Source: Octopus vulgaris (Eukaryota). Taken from it: a stretch of DNA of 64,000 nt. Both the position numbers and the translations under genes were made by a program. The notes under the pieces are model-generated. The model saw only the letters and a list, made by a program, of their open reading frames with translations, was not told the origin of the DNA and made no database searches. Shown piece by piece: positions 54,426 through 64,000 of the stretch. The stretch covers positions 17,546,001 to 17,610,000 of the forward strand of contig OX597838.1 of assembly GCA_951406725.2 (NCBI GenBank), given 5' to 3'. Within the stretch, counting starts at the first letter, position 1. The number at the start of each line of letters is the position of its first letter.

Positions 54426-54872
54426 TTTTTTTAGAAGGAAAAATGTATCTAGACTTGAATGCAAAAGGAAATTAAAAGTTTTATATGACAGTAAAATTCA
54501 AGCGGGGTAACTCTGTTTTACCGGTATGAAAGTTGGAATAAGTGAGAGAAGTCCAGCAGAACGAGACATAAGTGTATCACAAATGGGAACAGCACGGACA
54601 AAAAAAAAACAAAGCAGAAACAAAATAAATAAAAAAAAGACACGTAAGCTTGATAGAAGCGATGGGTGGGGAGAAGGAGGGGGCGTGTGCCACCCCAGTG
54701 GAAATGGTTTAAACACAGGAGTCAATATAGAGATTGAAAGCCTGCTTGAGTGATTGTCTTTCAAAAATACCTTTCTCACCTCATCATTCTCTCCCCGACC
54801 GCCGCCATTTTTCTTTTTCTTCGTTGATTCCTCTCTTCATTTTTCCCCTTACCCTCGTTGTCCCTGTGTATA

Positions 54873-54909
<37 letters not shown>

Positions 54910-55079
54910 TCGTCTATATAAAACTGTAATTTTTTCTGTCAGTATAAATGTATGTATGTATGTATGTATGTACGTATGCATGCATCGACGTGTCTGTGAG
55001 AAAATGTATGTATGCACGCAACCATCCGCAAAATATGGCTGGTGATCTCTTAATGGATCTCATAATAATTGTACATGTA

Positions 55080-55082
55080 AGC

Positions 55083-55156
<74 letters not shown>

Positions 55157-55185
55157 GTATATATATATATGTATATATATATATG

Positions 55186-55242
<57 letters not shown>

Positions 55243-55243
55243 G

Positions 55244-55298
<55 letters not shown>

Positions 55299-55304
55299 GT
55301 ATAT

Positions 55305-55336
<32 letters not shown>

Positions 55337-55705
55337 CATGTATATGTATATATTATGTATATATATATATACATATATATATGCATTTATATGTATACAT
55401 ATACATACACACACACATATATATATATATATAGATATATAGATATAGATATGCATATATATACGCATAGATATATACATATATATATATGTGTATATAA
55501 TTATGTATGCATATATACGCATACACATGCACTTACACATACAAAAAGCATTCATACCCACACATATGCATGCATTAATGCATACGTGTATAACACACAT
55601 TTATACTTCATTGCATATATTGAACAAAACACATTGCCTCCACTGTCTCGTACATAAGTATGTTTGTGTGTCCGTGTGTCCGCGTATGCGAGTGTGTGTA
55701 TGTAC

Positions 55706-55743
<38 letters not shown>

Positions 55744-56088
55744 GAACAATATGTATACATACATAAATACATATATAAACGTATATGTATATGTGTGGGG
55801 CGGGGTGAGAATGTTCCTCGTGTATGTTATATATTGCGTGTTAATGGATGTATTATACATGTACGAGAGTATACAAGCGTATATATAAATATATATGTAT
55901 GAGTACGTATGTATCCATGTGTGTATGTAGGTTGGTAGGTTTTGTCTGTACGGTAATACATGTATGCATGTATTTGTACAACGTTATTGTACAACGCTGA
56001 TTGTTCCAACCAACGCTCTGTCATTTGTCAAGAACTCCTTGACTGATTGCTAAACTATTTAACCGCCTAGTGATATACATACATACAT

Positions 56089-56147
<59 letters not shown>

Positions 56148-56155
56148 CGTATATG

Positions 56156-56186
<31 letters not shown>

Positions 56187-56367
56187 GTATATATACATAT
56201 ATATATATACATATATATATGCATATATATATATACATATATATATAAATATATATATAAATATGTGTGTCTGCTTATGTATGTATATATACATGTATAT
56301 ATATACATCCACACACATATGTATATATAATATATCTATCTCTATATACACACATATATATATATAA

Positions 56368-56439
<72 letters not shown>

Positions 56440-57206
56440 TATTTTCGATACAACTTTACTTAGACGCTGCTCTGTATATTGCACGGAACGTAGATATTAC
56501 TGGTGTTCTATATTTAGTATGATCTTACCAGTCCTAAGCATGCGTCATTACACTGTCGCATGCTTTTCTTTGTATACACTACATATATTTATGTTATGTA
56601 TATACACATATGATGCATGTATATTGTATATATAATGTATATACATATATGTAATGGTATGGGTATGAAATTGTGCACACACGCACACATACACACACAC
56701 ACACACCTGTACACGCACACACATACACGATTATATATATACATATATATGTATGTATGTGTCAGTGTGTGTGTATGTGTGTGTCTTTCTATGTGATACA
56801 TGTATATATATATATGTATATGTATATGTATATGCATTTTTATATGTATGCATATACGTATGGTTTTTATTTAATTCATATATAGACACATATATTGTAT
56901 GTATGTACCTATATATATATGTACATATCTGTTAATATATGCATTCATATATATTTATATACATTTATGTATATACATAGATACATACATACACACTCAA
57001 TGTATGATGTATGGTTGCCATTTTTTTACTCTGGTTTTATTATTATATTTAGCTAATCAGACTGAAAAAGCACAAGACTTGACTAGTCGGTACTATCACT
57101 CTATAATTCTCTATAGAACAATGTGATTGCATGTATGCATGCATGTATGTCTATATGTATGTATGTGTTGGCGTGTGTGTAGGTATGTGTGTGTGTGTGT
57201 GTATAC

Positions 57207-57243
<37 letters not shown>

Positions 57244-57468
57244 CTTTATTTTAAGCAGCAGAAAATTCAACAAAATCTGTTACTCTGAGTTTCTCGTTGC
57301 CGTTCATCAGACAGTTTTTGCACAAAAACTATCTGATGAACGGCAACGAGAAACTCAGAGTAACAGATTTTGTTGAATTTTCTGCTGCTTAAAATAAAGC
57401 ATATTACTCTACCACTGGTATTTGAGTACTCTTTTTTCCACCTTGTTTCACATTTATGTGTTTACTCC

Positions 57469-57522
<54 letters not shown>

Positions 57523-57767
57523 ATTATAGGTATTTATAAGTATGTATGCGGTTGTGTATATATGTGCATGTATGGCTGATTATTTGTGCATGTGTGTATG
57601 CGTGCATGATTCTGTTCATGTGTTTCAGTGTGTGTGTGTGTGTGTGTGTGATATCATTACGAGTAAACGAGCAAATGTGTGAGAATATATTTATGTACAT
57701 ACACTTATACGTGAGCACAAATTTAACTATATGTGTATTCATACATACATACACAAATATATATATA

Positions 57768-57829
<62 letters not shown>

Positions 57830-58003
57830 CATATGTATGTAAGTATGAATGTATGTATGTATTTATGTATGCATGTGTGTATGCGTGTATCTGAATATAT
57901 ATGTGTGTGTGTCACATGTTATATATTATATATGCATATTATATATCATATATTATATATATATATATATATATATACAAACATATATATATACGCATAC
58001 ATG

Positions 58004-58067
<64 letters not shown>

Positions 58068-58120
58068 TGTATATATATACATGTGTGTGTGTGCTTGTGT
58101 GTGTATATATTCATTGACGC
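55080..58120. repeat. Extended degenerate (TA)/(TG)/(CA) low-complexity region
   Basis: Directly visible; source of dozens of spurious YI/CV ORFs. Confidence 0.9.
57244..57399. ncRNA. 156-bp foldback (77-bp arms, 1 mismatch) carrying a minimal hammerhead motif in each arm
   Basis: cugu-CUGAUGA-a-cg-gcaa-cg-a-GAAAC-ucaga-GUA-acag on the minus strand (57277-57314); on the plus strand (57329-57366) with one stem I mismatch. Confidence 0.7.
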
Positions 58121-59271
58121 TTTTATGTGTATGCTTGAATATTGTATGAGTGTGGGCGTATGTACATGGTTGAGTCTTATCTCTGCATGTGATAACATTT
58201 ACAACATTTTTTTTATTATTATTTTTTACAGAATGAGATATATAGTATTTTGGTACAGTAGAGAAAATATTGATAACACTTTCAGACAAATTAACGTCAT
58301 ACATAATATTTATAAAAGTATAAAGTTTCTATCAGTTTTTTCATTGTATTGTTAGTAATTTTTTACGATCGCGACAGAATCGTTGGAGCGTCGGAAAAAA
58401 TGGTTTAGAGACAGTTCTGACTCTTTAGGTTCTCAGTTGAAATATCGTTTCCAGGGCCAATTTTGCTTTCCATCCCTCCAAGGTCAATAAAATAAGGGTA
58501 CTTATCAAGCAACAGAGTCGACGATATTGACAAATTCCCTCCCGACACCCCCCAAAATTACTGGTTATACATAACTTTGAGCCGTTATTGTTATTTTTAA
58601 GGATGACAGGTTGTCAAAAAGCGTCCGGTCAAATGTAGTGCCCGGTGGAATTTTCTTCTGGTTTTCCCCCACTGAGGAGATATTTGTCTTTCATCCCTCC
58701 TAGGTAATAAAATAAAGGACCGGTTAATGGCTGGGGTCCATGGCATCCACTAAATTCCCAAATTTCAAGCCTTTTGTTTTTCCACTATTAGAAACAATTA
58801 TTTTAAAGATTATTATTGTTAATCTTGTTATGAGGCGACTCGGCTGAATCGTTAAAGCATCGGAAGAAATAATCTTTGGCTTTTCTGACACCGCTTTATG
58901 TTATGAGTTCAAATACCACCAGGCTACTTTTGCTTTTCGGGGTTCTTTTTTCTTCTTTTTTTTTTTTTTTGGTTGGGTGGGTGGAGCTGATAACAAAGCC
59001 CTCTCCTGAAATTGCTGATCACACATCAAAATTAATATGGTTATTTTTATTTGTATATTTTTAAGATCATTCTCATTCCCCCTTGTTATTATCGCTGTTA
59101 TCCCCATTATTCCCATCGTCATCATCATCATCATCATCATCAAATTCATTATAACCATACAAAAATGTGTGATGTATTTAGAAGCCCACTAAAAAATAAT
59201 ATATTCACAGTATTAGCAAGTGTATAGATATATAGATGCTCACACGCAGAAATAATGCATACGTATATATA

Positions 59272-59360
<89 letters not shown>

Positions 59361-59374
59361 CATGTATCTTATAT

Positions 59375-59409
<35 letters not shown>

Positions 59410-59418
59410 CATGTATCT

Positions 59419-59459
<41 letters not shown>

Positions 59460-59779
59460 ATGTATGTATGTATGCATGTATTAACTTCTGAACATTATAA
59501 GTAAATAACTAATTCATAATGTTTAATCAGTAACTTACATTGTTAATACCAAGTAGGAAGGCGGTGTAGATAACTGGGGGCTCAAGTAAAAAGCTTTTGT
59601 TCTTTTAGTTACTTTCATCTACATAATAACTAAAAAAGGAACGAAACTTCTGTGTTCGGTACCCACTATCTCCATCTATGCCTGTTATCCTTTCAGACTT
59701 GAAAAAATATATCACACTACCTACCAACCATTTAATGTCCGCATCGTTTGGTTTTTTCTTTTTTTTTTGCGTCGTCATT

Positions 59780-59825
<46 letters not shown>

Positions 59826-59835
59826 CCATCATCAC

Positions 59836-59904
<69 letters not shown>

Positions 59905-59913
59905 CATCATTGT

Positions 59914-60090
59914 TAGCGGTATTTCGCCCGTCGCTACGTTCCGAGTTCAAATTCCGCCGAGGTCGACTTTACCTTTCATCCTTTCTAGTTCGATAAAATT
60001 AGTACCAGTTACGCACTGGTGTCGATGTGGTTGACTAGCCCCCTCCCCCCACCCAGAATTTGAGGTCTCGTACTTATTGTAGAAATGATT

Positions 60091-60129
<39 letters not shown>

Positions 60130-60655
60130 GTGGACGACCGGTTTCATTGCCTTACCGTATATATTCTACTCCAATAGCCCCTAGAGTTTTTTCTCTACCC
60201 TGTCAATCAAATAGGTACCAATCTCCTATACTTCTACACCCTGCCTGAAATTTACACCCGTGTACCTCTGTTAGAAAGCGTTATTTCGCATTGTTATTGT
60301 TGTTATTGGGTTGTTTTTTATTATTATTATTATCACTATCATCACTATTATCCCCATCTCATTGAAGTACATCATTATGTTGTTGTTATTGTTGTTGTTG
60401 TTGCTATTGTTATCATTATTATTATTATTATCATTATTATGACGGCGAGTTTGGCAGAATCGTTAGCACGCCGAGCAAAATGCTTAGCAGTATTTCGTCC
60501 GTCTTTACATTCTGAGTTCAAATTCCGCCGAGATCAGCTTTACCGTTCATCCTTTCAGGGGTCGATGAAATAAGTACCAGTTAAGCACTGGGGTCGATGT
60601 AATCGACAGGCCACCTCCCCCAAAATTTCGGGCCTTGTGCCTATAATAGAAATGA
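59914..60655 (+). mobile_element. Two SINE family A-related copies (about 59914-60085 and 60440-60655) in (ATT)n-rich DNA
   Basis: Core gagttcaaattccgccgag..catcctttc..aagtaccagtt..gcactgg in both. Confidence 0.75.
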
Positions 60656-60854
60656 TTATTATCGTTGTTATTATTATTATATGTCTCCAGTTTCTCTGTT
60701 CAACTCCCACCACCTCCCATATCTACCTCCAGGGTCGACTTTGCCTTTGGGATCCGCCTGGAGGCGAAGAAAGTTCGATAAAGTATATACCAGTAATATT
60801 CAGGGGTCCAGGCCCTCGACTTGTTTAACAGTTCCTAACGACACTGACCGTTTT

Positions 60855-60904
<50 letters not shown>

Positions 60905-61177
60905 GTGTTGTTGTTGATGATGGTATTATGGTTATTATAACTAAGGCAATGTATTGCAAAAGGCGATAGAGCGTCGGACAGCATACCGTGTGGTATTTAG
61001 TTACAAGTTTTAATGTTAAGGGTTCAAATCTTGGGGAGGTTAAACTTTGCCTTTCATCCTTTCGGGGGTTAAATAAAAATAATAGTAACCCTCTATCCCA
61101 CCTCTACAAACCTTGTGGTCTGGCGCCTATGATAGAAATCATTTACACACACACACACACACACACACGCAAACACA

Positions 61178-61226
<49 letters not shown>

Positions 61227-61762
61227 ATACATACATACTTACATACATGTTCACAGAACTATATCATAACCACTATTACAAATTTTATAGCTACTACTAT
61301 TATTATTACAACTGATATGGATACAAAAATGAGCAATACTACTACTACTACCATAAATGTAACTACTAACTAATATTACTGTATTTATAGACAATACTAA
61401 AATACTATTAATATCACAGTTCTTATCGTTGTTATTACTAACGGTTTTTCATATTTTAAATACTTTTTTATTTTCAATATTATTACAAGGCGCAGAAATA
61501 TATCATGTATGCGATATACGCTTCTCGCCTCCCACTTCCCTGCATGTGTGCAATTATGTATACACATAGAAATGCTTGTATGCATGGTATGCATGCATGC
61601 ATGTATGTATGCATGTATGTATGCATGTGTGTGTGTATGTATGTATGTATATTCGTATGAACGTATGTATATACGCAAGACTGTAGGTATGTATGCGAGT
61701 GAAGAATAGGTGTGTATATTTGCGTACGTGAGTACATATATATGCATGTGTGTGAGATATTC

Positions 61763-61823
<61 letters not shown>

Positions 61824-61934
61824 CGTACACATATATATATGTGTATATGTAAGTATATAGATATATATATATGTACATACGTATATGTGTATTCGTACAT
61901 ATACTCATTTATATATTCATATACGTATATATAT

Positions 61935-61972
<38 letters not shown>

Positions 61973-62123
61973 CGCATGTATGTGTATTCCTACACATATT
62001 TATTTATATATTCATATTCATATGCGTATATTTATATATGTGCATATATGCATATATATATAAATACATATATATATATATATATTTACACTTATGTATA
62101 TATAAGCATATATATCTATATAC

Positions 62124-62218
<95 letters not shown>

Positions 62219-62511
62219 TGTATATATATATATATAGACATTTTATATCTAAGAAATACATGTATATATAGAAGGCTACAAATGGTTGTTGGAAACAATT
62301 TTTTTTTCTGTTCTTAACTTCATATTGATCTTTTCCTGTTGAGAGAAAAACACAAAACAAAGGTAAAAATATACTTTCTTTCTAAACAAATGGGAAATAA
62401 AGTTTGTTCTTGTTCTTATCGTTGTTTCTTGAGTTCTTCTCGTTTGGACACCTTCCATTCGTTTTTCGTTTCATCACCCAATCTCTCTATTAATATGCAT
62501 ACATGCACACT

Positions 62512-62576
<65 letters not shown>

Positions 62577-63249
62577 ACATAAATGGGGAACAATGAAAAT
62601 AAGTGCTCAACACTGTATTGGTAGATAAAGATTGCCATATTTGTGTATTAAGGCTAATATTTGTTTCATGTTAAGAAATATCTCAACAACTTTTCAAGCC
62701 AATCACATAGAGAAATTAGTGTTCGTGTTCATTTTGAATTAAAAAACGAAAAGTCACTCATACATTTATAAAATTATATATAGAGAGAGGCATAGAGAGG
62801 GGGAGAAGAGCAGTTAAAAAACGTATCTCCATGAGTGTTGAATGATCAATGTTTAAATAAAACATGGATAATTCCCCTTGATAGGAAATGATATATGACG
62901 GGTGAGATGAATTAAGTCTGTTTTAAGGTTAGCGTGGTTAATAGAAGACTATTTTCATGTTTAATGCACAAACTAATTAAATCACTTTTATATAATCAAT
63001 TTAATTTAAATTTAGTATATACTACATTCTTCAGCTGTATACTCCATATTTTAAAAAAAAAACTTATGCAAACTTTAAAATATATTTACTTTCATTCATC
63101 CACATCAATTCGTAATTCAAGGTATACAATATTTCGATATAGTTAAAGAGAAAGAAATCATGCTTCTTCGTTCACAATTCAACACGCTTCTAACTTGTCG
63201 TTGGGCCGATAGCGGCAGATTATGTATATATATATATATATGGCCACCA

Positions 63250-63300
<51 letters not shown>

Positions 63301-63313
63301 GTATGTATGTATG

Positions 63314-63442
<129 letters not shown>

Positions 63443-63455
63443 CATAGATATATAT

Positions 63456-63502
<47 letters not shown>

Positions 63503-63648
63503 TATAATATTAGGGAATAAATCCAAACTTACAGGGAAAAATTAGATTTAGGATTAAATCCAATTTTATAGTATAAATATATTATATTATATTATATTAA
63601 ATTAGAGATTGATTTGCCTAATAGTGGTTTTATCTCTAATTTAATATA

Positions 63649-63717
<69 letters not shown>

Positions 63718-64000
63718 TATATGTAATCAAAGGGAAATCAGATTAAATCACAGGTAATCCTCTTGTAACAAGCACAATATCACCAATACAAAATTCTAAA
63801 ATTCCTTATTTAATGCCATTCTATATATATATATTTTTCATTTTATTTTCAGATATTTTATTCATTATTCTTCTTCCTATTGATGTTTGACCACTAATTT
63901 GAAATATTTTCTATGATAAAACAATAAGGTTTATTATTTTGATTTATTATTTTGTTATTGTTTTTGCTGTTGTTGTTGTTGTTATTATTATTATTATTAT

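Overview
AT-rich, microsatellite-saturated animal genomic DNA. The SINE repertoire and (TA)n/(ATT)n density suggest a cephalopod, probably Octopus; this is inference, not verified. One real protein-coding gene is visible: six + strand GT-AG exons (22999-37920, phases mutually consistent, about 353 aa). They encode the end of S2, S3, S4 and a long C-terminus of a voltage-gated proton channel (Hv)-like voltage-sensor protein with the atypical S4 motif LPWRxxR, as in molluscan Hv3. S1 and most of S2 were not found and probably lie upstream of the window. The rest is intron, UTR or intergenic DNA. It holds three tRNA-derived SINE families (one forming fixed-junction 190-bp multimers), decayed LINEs (RTE-like, one with a 5' inversion, and an R4/Dong-like one beside (TAA)n), a deleted mariner and three non-autonomous Helitrons. 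It also holds several minimal Penelope-type hammerhead ribozyme motifs arranged as inverted pairs among (TA)n tracts. Almost all ORFs in the supplied track are microsatellite artefacts.
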